A stretch of DNA of 56,334 nucleotides from Acidimicrobiales bacterium. Its GTDB lineage: Bacteria > Actinomycetota > Acidimicrobiia > Acidimicrobiales > CADCSY01. The notes under the pieces are model-generated. The model worked only from the letters and a program-made list of their open reading frames with translations. It searched no databases and had not been told where the DNA came from. Each line of letters starts with the position of its first letter. Position 1 is the stretch's first letter. Position numbers and translations under genes: made by a program. This document shows positions 25,600 to 34,228 of the stretch, in pieces. The stretch is taken from NCBI GenBank assembly GCA_038256565.1, contig JBBSKG010000002.1:1-56334 (forward strand), read 5' to 3'.

Positions 25600-26547
25600 A
25601 TGGCTGAGTTGCGTATGGCCGGACAATTGGGTTCCGTGCCTGCCCGCGCTGTCAGCGATATACCAGGCATGGCTGTGGTAACCGCTGTGATCGTTCATCG
25701 CAGTCAACCGCAAGCTTGTGTGCGCACGGGTCAGGCGCTTGTGGCACAGGCCGAGCAAGCCGGGGTTAGCCTTCGTCTCGTGGTGGCCGACAACGGCTCG
25801 TCACCCGAAGCACTAGCGGTGCTACGAGCGGGGCTTCCCGGTGCGGATCTTCTCGAACTGGGGGCCAACACCGGGTTCGGTCCCGGTGCTAACGCTGGCC
25901 TGCGCCACTTCCTGGCGACCGATCCGGCGACGGCTGGCGACTGGGTGTTGGTCTGTCCCCATGACGCTTCACCCGAGGCACTCTGTCTGGAACGCTTGCT
26001 CACGGCCGTGGCGGCTCACCCCGGAGCAGGTTTGGCGAGCGCGGAGTACGGAGATACCTCGACCAACGTAAAACCCATGGTCCACAAGTACTGCGGTAGC
26101 TACTTGGTCCCGTCCCTACGCGTGCCCGGCTGGGAGGACTCCGGCTACCCACACGGCACTTTGATGGTGGCGAGTCGGGCCTGTCTTAATGACATCGGCC
26201 TGTTCGATGAGCGCTACTTCGCCTACTGCGAGGAGGCCGATCTCGGCGAGCGAGCCCGTCGCGCCGGCTGGCAGGTGGGGGTGGTTTGGGGCGCAGTTGT
26301 GCACAACCCCACCATGTCGTCCGAGGTGGGCGTGCCCGAATACCTCATGGTGCGCAACACCTTGTTCTTGGTGCGCCAACACTTCGGTCTTTACCGAGCA
26401 GCGGTTCTCTTCGCCCTCACCGCATGGATCACTCTCGTTGGGGTGATCGTTCCCTCACGCCAAACTCCCTACTGGCACCTCCGCGGCCGACTTTTGGCCA
26501 TGCGTGACTTCCTACTGGGCCGGACCGGCCCGCCTCCCCGATGGTGA
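25600..26547 (+). CDS. Family 2 glycosyltransferase
   Basis: VTAVIVHRSQP...VVADNGSSPE...NTGFGPGANAG and the later CEEADL are typical GT2 (rhamnosyltransferase-like) motifs. An alternative start is ATG 25669. Confidence 0.75.
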   Translation: MAELRMAGQLGSVPARAVSDIPGMAVVTAVIVHRSQPQACVRTGQALVAQAEQAGVSLRLVVADNGSSPEALAVLRAGLPGADLLELGANTGFGPGANAGLRHFLATDPATAGDWVLVCPHDASPEALCLERLLTAVAAHPGAGLASAEYGDTSTNVKPMVHKYCGSYLVPSLRVPGWEDSGYPHGTLMVASRACLNDIGLFDERYFAYCEEADLGERARRAGWQVGVVWGAVVHNPTMSSEVGVPEYLMVRNTLFLVRQHFGLYRAAVLFALTAWITLVGVIVPSRQTPYWHLRGRLLAMRDFLLGRTGPPPRW

Positions 26548-26610
26548 CGTCCGTCTCGGCAGAGCTGGATACCCCCGCCATATCTTTATTTCTCTCCCCG
26601 ATCCCTCCAC

Positions 26611-26683
26611 ATAACTGACGTATAACGTAACTTACTTCCCACGTAAGTTACGTAGGAAGTAAGTTACGTTATACGTCAGTTAT
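26611..26683. repeat. 73-nt near-perfect palindrome: 29-bp perfect arms plus a palindromic centre
   Basis: ATAACTGACGTATAACGTAACTTACTTCC (26611..26639) is the exact reverse complement of 26655..26683. The centre C-ACGTAA-G-TTACGT-A is symmetric around G26647 except for one C/A pair. Confidence 0.95.
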
Positions 26684-26714
26684 ACTGATGTCATCCATCA
26701 TCAAGGGAGCGGGA

Positions 26715-28169
26715 ATGACCATTTTTGTCAATCGTGTTCGAGAATTGGCGGCGCTTGATCGATGGTGGTCTGCACAGACGCAATCTGCGGTCGTTTGGGG
26801 TCGTAGGCGGGTCGGCAAAACCGCACTGATTCAACAGTTCATTGCCGACAAGCCGTCGATCTTCCATACCGGAGCTGGCCGTAGCTCTCTTGAAGAGCTT
26901 GCTCAACTGGCAGATCGTGTTCATGAGATGGATCAGAACAAATCATTGATGGGTGTCGCCCGCATGGGAATCGACCCAATGGGAGGCGGAGGTTCCGCAT
27001 TGCGCGATCTCGCGGACCGTCCTTATGTCAGTTGGGATGACGCGCTTGATGACCTCGCTGGTCGTGCGCAGCAAAGGCCACTTTTACTGGTCCTAGACGA
27101 GTTTCCGGACTTGGTGGCGTCGTCACCGGAATTGCCAAAGGTCTTGCGTGCGTTTCTGGATCGTTCGACAGGAAAGACTCGACTTCGCATTTTGTTATGC
27201 GGCTCTGCTGTTCGATACATGCAGGCGCTGCAAGAAGAGCGGGAACCCCTCTATGGTCGCTTCGATCTTTCGCTGGACGTGCATCCATTTGCCCCCCATG
27301 AAGCAGCACTTATGCTCGAACGACTTTCGCCTCAGGACCGTGCCCTGGTCTATGGCATCGTGGGAGGAATCCCGATGTATTTGTCATGGTGGGATCAGGG
27401 TGAATCGGTCGAGGCAAACATCAGTCGGCTGGTCTGTCAGCCCGGCGCACGTTTGGTGGCCGAAGGGGAGTTCTTACTTCGAGCCGATCTTGACCGTGGT
27501 GACCTGGCACGCCAGGCCCTCTTTAGTATCGCCAATGGCGTGACCGAGTACGGACGGATCAAGGTTCAGATCAAGGCAGAGCCGGCTCGAACACTTGATC
27601 GGTTGATAGAGCTGCGCCTTGTCGAGAGACTCCTACCTGTCGGGGCTCCCGAGCGTTCAAAGCTGCGTCAGTATCGCATCGCTGACCCTTTCCTTTCGTT
27701 CCATCTCGGTGTCGCTTCTCGGTATCAGACCCAAATCGAGCGTGGTCTGGACGCCGCCATTGTTCCCGTTCTGGTCGAATCACTCGACGATCATATGGGA
27801 GGTGTTTGGGAAGAGGTATTCCGCCAACATCTGCGTCGTCTAGCTAACGACGGAACCCTCGATGTCGAGGGCGCTGTCGTTGCCGTCGGCTCATGGTGGG
27901 ATTCATCGAGCAACAACGAGATTGATGCTCTTGTTCTCGCCGGACGTTCGGAGACCCCAGTCCTCGTAGGAGAAGCCAAGTGGACAAGGCGGCTCGATGC
28001 TCGCCGCACGGTTGAGCATCTCCATCGCAAGGTCAGGGATGGTCTGCATCTAGATCCTGACTTATTGCGCTATGCCGTCTGCGCTCGCGAGGGCTTCACA
28101 AATCTTCCGAAGGAGACACTGGCTTTCACTGCCGCCGACCTATTTGGGCTCCCGGGCGAGGGGCCATGA
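26715..28169 (+). CDS. AAA+-type ATPase of the Arch_ATPase/DUF234 family (P-loop NTPase plus C-terminal DUF234 module)
   Basis: Walker A GRRRVGKT and Walker B LLLVLDEF. YRIADPFLSFHLG and EIDALVL...GEAKWTRR match DUF234 patterns. I chose ATG 26715, which has GGGAGCGGGA upstream, over track start 26688. Confidence 0.8.
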   Translation: MTIFVNRVRELAALDRWWSAQTQSAVVWGRRRVGKTALIQQFIADKPSIFHTGAGRSSLEELAQLADRVHEMDQNKSLMGVARMGIDPMGGGGSALRDLADRPYVSWDDALDDLAGRAQQRPLLLVLDEFPDLVASSPELPKVLRAFLDRSTGKTRLRILLCGSAVRYMQALQEEREPLYGRFDLSLDVHPFAPHEAALMLERLSPQDRALVYGIVGGIPMYLSWWDQGESVEANISRLVCQPGARLVAEGEFLLRADLDRGDLARQALFSIANGVTEYGRIKVQIKAEPARTLDRLIELRLVERLLPVGAPERSKLRQYRIADPFLSFHLGVASRYQTQIERGLDAAIVPVLVESLDDHMGGVWEEVFRQHLRRLANDGTLDVEGAVVAVGSWWDSSSNNEIDALVLAGRSETPVLVGEAKWTRRLDARRTVEHLHRKVRDGLHLDPDLLRYAVCAREGFTNLPKETLAFTAADLFGLPGEGP

Positions 28170-28217
28170 AGGCTGGGCCCCTAAACCGTTGAACGATCGC
28201 CATTGGAACGCTCACCG

Positions 28218-28601
28218 TCAGACGCAGTCACGCAGGTCTTCCTTCCAGGTTCGAAAGCGTGCGTGAGCAGTTCCGGTTGGACCGAGGCCATGCCCGGTGC
28301 CGTCGGCGAACAGGCGGAAGCTGAAGCTTCTTTCGAGGTTGTCGGACCAAATGGCGAGGTAGCGAGCATTTGCCTTGGCGGCAGGCCCAGCACGCCATAA
28401 GAGCCAGGAGCCGATCCGGCGTTTGTACATGGCGTCGGCCACACCGATGTCCTCGCCGAGGTTGCGCAAAGCCTGCGGTGCTTCGACCCAGGCGCTTGCC
28501 GGAATGTTGCGATCACGCACGGGCGTGGCTGGGAGGTCTTCGGTGTGAACCGGTGTGGGGTCGACAGGCCGCTCGTCGGCAGGAAGGGCCGGGCCGGTCA
28601 C
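28218..28601 (-). CDS. Hypothetical protein
   Basis: 127-aa ORF with an ATGA overlap to the upstream nitroreductase gene (28598..28601). I recognise no family. Confidence 0.45.
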   Translation of the reverse strand: MTGPALPADERPVDPTPVHTEDLPATPVRDRNIPASAWVEAPQALRNLGEDIGVADAMYKRRIGSWLLWRAGPAAKANARYLAIWSDNLERSFSFRLFADGTGHGLGPTGTAHARFRTWKEDLRDCV

Positions 28602-29194
28602 GAGGGCGACCAGTGCGTGACGAGGCCCTCGAGATCGGCAACCTTAGGCGGCTTGGCTGCTGCAGCCTCGGGCGTCGCTGAGCCGAGATACAAAAAGCCC
28701 ACGATGGCGTCTCGTTCGCTCAGGCCTAAGGCCGCTTTCACTGGCTCGTCATAACAGCAGTCGCCCGTGCGCCACATGGACCCGTACCCCAAGGCGGTCG
28801 CCGCCAACAGTGCGTTCTGACAGGCGGCAGCGGTGGCAGCAACTTGTTCGATCATGGGAATTTGCATCTTCGAGGAGCCACCTTCTTGACGGGCGGCCGC
28901 AACGATGACGACGGTGGGGGCTCGGCCCAGCTTGGTGCGATCCTTGGTGGCTTTCGCCTCCTCGACGGCGACCCCCTCAATCTCGCAGCGGGCTCGATAG
29001 GCCTCTTCCAACACGTGGCCGAAGCACTCCTTGGCCACACCCTCCAACACGGTGAAACGAAAGGGGCGCAACTCCCCATGATCGGGAGCACATGCTGCTG
29101 CCTCCAAGATGGAGCGAAGATGTGCGGGTGTCGGTCCGGGCTCGACGAGGCGTCCGATTGAGCGGCGAGCAGCAATGGCATCAAGGGTGTCCAC
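28598..29194 (-). CDS. Nitroreductase family protein
   Basis: VDTLDAIAARRSIGRL...APDHGELRPFRF...ATAAACQNALLAATALGYGSMW is a typical nitroreductase pattern. I prefer the GTG start at 29194 because the ATG at 29284 would overlap the MBL gene by 68 nt. Confidence 0.8.
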   Translation of the reverse strand: MDTLDAIAARRSIGRLVEPGPTPAHLRSILEAAACAPDHGELRPFRFTVLEGVAKECFGHVLEEAYRARCEIEGVAVEEAKATKDRTKLGRAPTVVIVAAARQEGGSSKMQIPMIEQVAATAAACQNALLAATALGYGSMWRTGDCCYDEPVKAALGLSERDAIVGFLYLGSATPEAAAAKPPKVADLEGLVTHWSPS

Positions 29195-29216
29195 CAGCTC
29201 AGGATACCGGCGGCCC

Positions 29217-29834
29217 CTACCAGCCTCGCTCGACCCACTCGTCGAGGTGCGGACGTTCGGTGCCAACGGTTGTGTCAGTTCCATGTCCTGGCAACACGAT
29301 TGTGTCTGAGGGGAAGGTCAATAGGCGGCGATCGATGGCTTCGATGATCTCGGCAAAGTGATCGGGGTTGCCCTCAGTATTGCCAGGACCTCCCGGAAAG
29401 AGGGTGTCTCCACTGAATAACAGCGGAGTGTCTTCCACCTTGAAACAGATCGATCCCGGTGTGTGGCCAGGGGTAGCGATCGAATGAATGCGCAAGCGGC
29501 CAATCTCGATTATCGACTCATCTTCGAGAATGAAGTCATAGCTGTCCAACATCGCTGCATCGGCACCGGTTACCCCTACCTCATAGCCCGCATCACGTAC
29601 TGCGGGTATGGCTTGAATGTGATCCCAATGGCCATGAGTCTCTACCACTTTGCGAACCCCCAGTCGCTGGCAGAGTTCGAGTAAAAGTTCGTGCTCATTA
29701 GCTGCATCGATCAAAACTGCTTCACCGGTTTCTCTGCAACGGAGCACAAAAACGTTGTTTTCAAAGGGTCCAACGATAACTTTGTGGACCTCAATCAGGC
29801 TGTCTTCATAGTGCAATGTGTTTGTTGTCATCAT
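29217..29834 (-). CDS. MBL-fold metallo-hydrolase (glyoxalase II-like)
   Basis: 205 aa. THGHWDHIQA metal-binding motif and TPGHTPGS. Confidence 0.85.
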   Translation of the reverse strand: MMTTNTLHYEDSLIEVHKVIVGPFENNVFVLRCRETGEAVLIDAANEHELLLELCQRLGVRKVVETHGHWDHIQAIPAVRDAGYEVGVTGADAAMLDSYDFILEDESIIEIGRLRIHSIATPGHTPGSICFKVEDTPLLFSGDTLFPGGPGNTEGNPDHFAEIIEAIDRRLLTFPSDTIVLPGHGTDTTVGTERPHLDEWVERGW

Positions 29835-29952
29835 GCACCCCTCTCATTTTTGGTGGCTCGCCTCGACGCCTGACCCTCTGGTCTAGTAAACATTGCGACG
29901 TATTGCATTACATCCAAGCCGTACATGATCTACGCGTCCAAGGGGGCCCTAG

Positions 29953-31068
29953 GTGAATTTCGCATTTTCTGAGGAGCAAGAAGAGCTTCGTAGTACGGTC
30001 CGTTCGTTTCTGGAGCAGAAGTCTCCTGAGTCTGAAGTTCGTCGTCTTATGGATGGTGACGCTGGCTATGACGAAACCGTTTGGAAGCAAATGGGTGAGC
30101 AGTTGGGCCTTCAGGGCTTGGCCATCCCCGAAGAGTTTGGCGGCTCGGGCTTCGGCTTCGTCGAACTGATCGTCGTTCTTGAAGAGATGGGTCGCTCTTT
30201 GCTGTGCGCTCCATACTTCTCGTCAGTGGTTCTGGCTGCCAACACCTTGATTCATTCAGGTGACGATGCCGCCAAGAAAGAACTTCTTCCTGGTATTGCT
30301 ACGGGCGAGACGATTGCTACTTTGGCCTTTACTGAAGACAATGGTCGTTGGGACGAGGCTGGTATCACCACGACTGCCACCAAGGCAGGCGATGGCTATG
30401 CCATCTCTGGTTCGAAGATGTTCGTGCTCGATGGTGCAATTGCGAGCCTCATTCTCGTGGCAGCACGAACCGGTTCGGGCGTAAGTATCTTTGCCGTAGA
30501 TGGTGCCGCCGCTGGCCTGACCCGTACATCGCTTGTCACCATGGACCAGACTCGCAAGCAGGCCCGTATTGATTTTGAAAGTACCCCTGCTCGCCTCATT
30601 GGCGCTGAAGGTAAGGGCTGGGCCGTAATGGAGCGTGTTCTAGACCTTGCAGCGGTGGCCTTGGCTGCTGAGCAGGTCGGTGGTTCTCAAGTGTGTCTCG
30701 ATATGGCTGTTCAATACGCCAAGGATCGGGTGCAGTTCGGTCGCCCCATTGGTTCGTTCCAGGCCATCAAGCATAAGTGCGCAGACATGCTGCTCGATGT
30801 TGAGTCGGCCAAGTCTGCTGCTTACTACGCCGCTTGGAGCGCCGCTGAGCTAAACGACGAGCTTCCCGCTGTCGCCAGTCTGGCCAAGGCATTTTGTTCA
30901 GAGGCCTATTTCCACACTGCTGCCGAGAACATCCAGATTCACGGCGGCATCGGCTTCACCTGGGAGCACCCAGCCCATCTCTATTTCAAGAGGGCCAAGA
31001 CCTCCGAATTGTTCCTTGGAGACCCGACTTATCATCGTGAACTTTTGGCCCAGCGAATTGGGCTGTAG
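29953..31068 (+). CDS. Acyl-CoA dehydrogenase family protein
   Basis: 371 aa. GTG start with AAGGGGG upstream. QVCLDMAVQYAKDRVQFGRPIGSFQAIKH and the IHGGIGFTWEH C-terminal ACAD motifs. Confidence 0.9.
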   Translation: MNFAFSEEQEELRSTVRSFLEQKSPESEVRRLMDGDAGYDETVWKQMGEQLGLQGLAIPEEFGGSGFGFVELIVVLEEMGRSLLCAPYFSSVVLAANTLIHSGDDAAKKELLPGIATGETIATLAFTEDNGRWDEAGITTTATKAGDGYAISGSKMFVLDGAIASLILVAARTGSGVSIFAVDGAAAGLTRTSLVTMDQTRKQARIDFESTPARLIGAEGKGWAVMERVLDLAAVALAAEQVGGSQVCLDMAVQYAKDRVQFGRPIGSFQAIKHKCADMLLDVESAKSAAYYAAWSAAELNDELPAVASLAKAFCSEAYFHTAAENIQIHGGIGFTWEHPAHLYFKRAKTSELFLGDPTYHRELLAQRIGL

Positions 31069-31093
31069 AATCAGGGGTAACACCCAACCCACA

Positions 31094-31128
31094 GAATGGC
31101 CCGGCGCAAGTCGGGTCATTCTGCTTTT
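31094..31128 (+). terminator. Putative intrinsic terminator after the acyl-CoA dehydrogenase gene
   Basis: A 10-bp stem GAATGGCCCG / CGGGTCATTC with one G-U pair and an 8-nt loop, followed by TGCTTTT. Confidence 0.4.
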
Positions 31129-31130
31129 AG

Positions 31131-31229
31131 GACCCGAGACAAAACTACTTGCGCGGCCGAAGGCCGAAAGTGAATACACCACAAAGGTTAAACATGTAAG
31201 CGCCGCGCAAGTAGTTTTGTCACTGGTTC
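31131..31229 (+). repeat. MITE-like hairpin repeat, copy 1 (99 nt, flanked by TTAG on both sides)
   Basis: GACAAAACTACTTGCGCGGC (31138..31157) pairs perfectly with GCCGCGCAAGTAGTTTTGTC (31202..31221). The outer ends GACCCGA / CACTGGTTC form imperfect terminal inverted repeats. TTAG occurs at 31127..31130 and 31230..31233. It is about 90 percent identical to copy 3 by manual alignment. Confidence 0.85.
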
Positions 31230-31280
31230 TTAGAGATCCTTGCTTTTAGCGGGCAGCGGAGAATGACCTAGCCTGCGGCG

Positions 31281-31688
31281 ATGCAGATCGTTGCGGTGGT
31301 TCTGGCCCTTGTGTCGACGTTTGTGATTGCGGCAGTAGTTATAGGCCGTGAGGTGAATCGACTCATCGAACAGGCACCTCGTCCGATCTTCGATTTAGAT
31401 GAAGCAGTTGTTTGGGTATCGGAGCGATTGCCGTTTGAGGTCAGTGCAGTGCTGAGCTATGACGATGTTCGCCATATTCTGGTCGGTTATCTTGACGAGC
31501 TGAGCGTTCAAGAGACAGCGCCTGATTATGAGACCTTTGTAGTCGATGAAACCGCCGTTTCTGCCATCATGACCAGTGCTAACGATCTGGGGTTAGAACT
31601 CACAGTCGCCCACGTTCGTGCGGTTATTGAGCTACAGGTCGATTACCTTGGGGCCATTGGCGCGGCCGGGCCGCCTCAGGTGCTTTGA
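31281..31688 (+). CDS. Hypothetical membrane-anchored protein
   Basis: 135 aa with an N-terminal hydrophobic helix MQIVAVVLALVSTFVIAAVVIG. Its stop lies 1 nt before the next ATG. Confidence 0.6.
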   Translation: MQIVAVVLALVSTFVIAAVVIGREVNRLIEQAPRPIFDLDEAVVWVSERLPFEVSAVLSYDDVRHILVGYLDELSVQETAPDYETFVVDETAVSAIMTSANDLGLELTVAHVRAVIELQVDYLGAIGAAGPPQVL

Positions 31689-31689
31689 G

Positions 31690-32286
31690 ATGGCAGACAA
31701 CCGATGGCTTGCCGATGGCATGGCACGAGGAAGTGAATATGACGACCGTTTTGCCAAGCTCGCAGCAACGGGAAAAGACATGCATGGTGAGGCCGATTTT
31801 GTGGCGTCGTTTGGTTTTAATTCGGTGCTTGACGCGGGATGCGGCACTGGAAGAGTAGCCATTGAGCTGAGCTGCCGAGGAATAGACGTGGTAGGCGTTG
31901 ACCTCGACCCAGCCATGCTAGATGCGGCACGATCCAAAGCATCTGAGCAAACCTGGATATTGGGAGACTTGTCCTCTTGTGCAGTTACCGAGCATGGGAC
32001 TGGTGAAATACGTCATTTTGATGCGGTTGTTATGGCTGGCAACGTGATGATATTTCTCACGCCCGGCAGTGAATCTGTTGTGGTGGCCAACATGGCTCAC
32101 CACCTCAATCCTGGAGGGTATTTAATAGCGGGGTTTCAGCTTCATCCAGGTCGATTAAGCCTTGATGAATATGACCACGCTGCCCTCGCTGCTGGTCTTG
32201 TATTCGTGGAGCGATGGGCGAGCTGGGGCCGTGAGCCGTTTATTCCAGAGACTAATTATGCGGTTTCGGTTCATCAGCTGAGCTGA
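31690..32286 (+). CDS. Class I SAM-dependent methyltransferase
   Basis: SAM-binding motif I VLDAGCGTGRVAIEL. I chose ATG 31690, which directly follows the upstream stop, over track start 31618. Confidence 0.85.
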   Translation: MADNRWLADGMARGSEYDDRFAKLAATGKDMHGEADFVASFGFNSVLDAGCGTGRVAIELSCRGIDVVGVDLDPAMLDAARSKASEQTWILGDLSSCAVTEHGTGEIRHFDAVVMAGNVMIFLTPGSESVVVANMAHHLNPGGYLIAGFQLHPGRLSLDEYDHAALAAGLVFVERWASWGREPFIPETNYAVSVHQLS

Positions 32287-32310
32287 AAAGCTCAGCGCTT
32301 TGGTCATTAG

Positions 32311-32467
32311 GGCCCGAGATGAAACAACTTGGGCGGCCAGAGGCCGAATAGTGAGCCCCACCAAGGAAAACTTGTGATATGCCGCGCTTGGGCGGCCGAA
32401 GGCCGAAAGTGATTACACCACAAAGGTTAAACATGTAAGCACCGCTCAAGTATTTTGTCACTGGTCC
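32311..32467 (+). repeat. MITE-like hairpin repeat, copy 2 (composite, with a tandemly duplicated core)
   Basis: A left end GGCCCGAGATGAAACAACTTGGGCGGCC is followed by a diverged core. A second core plus right end follows (CTTGGGCGGCCGAAGGCCGAAAGTGATTACACCACAAAGGTTAAACATGTAAGC...TTTTGTCACTGGTCC) and is nearly identical to copy 1. The flanks are TTAG (32307..32310) and TGAG (32468..32471). Confidence 0.8.
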
Positions 32468-32495
32468 TGAGTTGCTCTCTGCTAAATTTCGAGGC

Positions 32496-32708
32496 ATGTC
32501 CCGACCGATCAAGTTTGAGCATTTTCGTTGGGTGGGCGATAAGCGTGTCCAGCGTGTCCACGATCTAGATAATTCCGTTGATGCATGTGGCATCGATGAA
32601 TTGATGGAGGCAGAGACCTTTATTGGCTTTGGGCCTGACACCCTGGTTGAAGCCCGTAATCGTTGTTATAAACCGTGCCTGCATTGCGCAACGAGTGACG
32701 CTGCGTAG
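32496..32708 (+). CDS. Hypothetical small Cys-containing protein
   Basis: 70 aa from ATG 32496 (MSRPIKFEHFRWVGDKRVQRVH...CYKPCLHCA). The composition is protein-like, but I recognise no family and the SD is weak. Confidence 0.45.
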   Translation: MSRPIKFEHFRWVGDKRVQRVHDLDNSVDACGIDELMEAETFIGFGPDTLVEARNRCYKPCLHCATSDAA

Positions 32709-32779
32709 CCTAGAGCGTCCGCCGATAGGCGGGTCACACGCAAGGTGCGCCTATCGGCTGAGCATCTTAGGCCTAAGCC

Positions 32780-33604
32780 GTGCATGACTCGTTTCAAAGC
32801 GATGGTCTTCGACTCGCTGCTCACCTGAGCGAGTCAACAGCACGAAAGGCAACATCTTTTAGGCCCGGTTTATTGTTGTGTCATGGCTTCCCTGTGGGGA
32901 TGGGCGATGCCGAAAATGCTGCCCGTACTTATCCCGAATTGGCAGATCGGATTGCTGGCGAGACGGGTTGGACGGTATTGACGTTCAACTTCCGGGGAAC
33001 CGGAACATCTGAAGGCGATTTCTCTTTGCAAGGTTGGCTCGATGACATCGGTGCCGCTATTGGCCACCTGCGAGGTGCGGGTGGAGCCGATGAGATTTGG
33101 ATTGCTGGGTCTAGCACCGGCGGTTCGTTGGCGATCTGTGCCGCTGCAAATGATCCTGAAGTGCGTGGAGTGGCAGCACTCTCGGCACGAGCCGATTTTG
33201 ATGACTGGGCTGAACACCCCCGCCTATTTCTTGAACACGCTAGAGATGTTGGGGTAATTAAACAGGTTGGCTTTCCGTCAAACGTTGATCAGTGGGTGCG
33301 TGAGTTCAAACATATTCACCCCGTCGATCTCGTTGATAAGTTGGCTCCCCGACCGTTGTTGTTGGTGCAGGGTTCTGATGACGAGATCGTCCCACCCTCA
33401 GATGCTCGTTTATTGGCTGACTATCACGGCAGTGCTGAACTCCATATGATTGGGGGGGCGGGACACCGGCTACGCCATGACCCGCGGGCTATTGCGGTTT
33501 TGTTGGCCTGGATTGAACGTCAATCTCCGGTTTATCAACAAACGCCCGAGTCAGACAACAATGAGTCAGACGGCGGCGAGCCGTTCGTCGATGACCTTTC
33601 GTAG
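32780..33604 (+). CDS. Alpha/beta hydrolase
   Basis: 274 aa. Nucleophile elbow GSSTGGS, LLCHGFP, and late GSDDEIVP and GGAGHRL motifs. GTG start. Confidence 0.8.
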   Translation: MHDSFQSDGLRLAAHLSESTARKATSFRPGLLLCHGFPVGMGDAENAARTYPELADRIAGETGWTVLTFNFRGTGTSEGDFSLQGWLDDIGAAIGHLRGAGGADEIWIAGSSTGGSLAICAAANDPEVRGVAALSARADFDDWAEHPRLFLEHARDVGVIKQVGFPSNVDQWVREFKHIHPVDLVDKLAPRPLLLVQGSDDEIVPPSDARLLADYHGSAELHMIGGAGHRLRHDPRAIAVLLAWIERQSPVYQQTPESDNNESDGGEPFVDDLS

Positions 33605-34228
33605 GGTGCTAGCGGCTTCCATTGGGTTGGGTGCTTCGGTAAGCCAGCGCACCACTACGAACCGCTGTGCGCCAGCCTCAATCAAGGTGTCTATGTTGTC
33701 TGGGGTCACACCGCCTGTGATGAAGAAGGGCTGTGAAGTAACACCAGCGGCGTAGCGGACGTAGCCAAGGCCAGTGCCTGGTCGTCCGGGTTTTGTTGGG
33801 GTCGCCGCAACGGGGCCTACTGAGATGTAGTCGACTGGTTCACTTGTCGAGGCGTCTAGTTCGACTGGAGCGTGGGTGGAAAGTCCGACGATGGCATTAG
33901 GTCCGAGAACGCGTCTGCACACTGCGGGGGTTACATCATCTTGGCCAACGTGGACTCCGTCGGCTTTAACTTCGAGCGCGATGTCAGGGCGGTCATTCAT
34001 GATGAATGGAACGCCAAGATCACGACAGACCCGTACGGCCAAGCGGGCCCTAGTGGTTAGGGGCCCAGCGTCGAGGTGTTTGTCACGCAATTGCACTAGG
34101 TCAACGCCGCCTGCAACACATGCGCTTAGAAACGCTTCGAGGTCTGGGCGATCGGGTGTGCAGAGATAGAGCCGCCGGTTGGCTAGTAGTGGATGAACCG
34201 CAGGTGGGGTGACAAATGCTTCAACCAC
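33566..34228 (-). CDS. thiE: Thiamine-phosphate synthase
   Basis: 220 aa. VQLRDKH, FIMNDRPDIAL, GVHVGQDD and ISVGPVAATPTKPG are ThiE motifs. Confidence 0.9.
   Translation of the reverse strand: MVEAFVTPPAVHPLLANRRLYLCTPDRPDLEAFLSACVAGGVDLVQLRDKHLDAGPLTTRARLAVRVCRDLGVPFIMNDRPDIALEVKADGVHVGQDDVTPAVCRRVLGPNAIVGLSTHAPVELDASTSEPVDYISVGPVAATPTKPGRPGTGLGYVRYAAGVTSQPFFITGGVTPDNIDTLIEAGAQRFVVVRWLTEAPNPMEAASTLRKVIDERLAAV

Noticed and set aside
29217-29284. 68-nt overlap between the nitroreductase ORF (ATG 29284) and the end of the MBL hydrolase gene.
   Set aside because: A GTG at 29194 gives a typical nitroreductase N-terminus (VDTLDAIAARRSIGRL) and removes the overlap, so the long overlap is probably an ORF-calling artefact.
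31122-31249. 9-bp direct repeat TGCTTTTAG on both sides of repeat copy 1 (31122..31130 and 31241..31249), considered as a possible target-site duplication.
   Set aside because: It is not reproduced at copies 2 and 3, where only the tetranucleotide TTAG/CTAA (TGAG once) is shared. The 4-bp flank is the more consistent boundary, so the 9-mer may be coincidence or part of the terminator T-tract.
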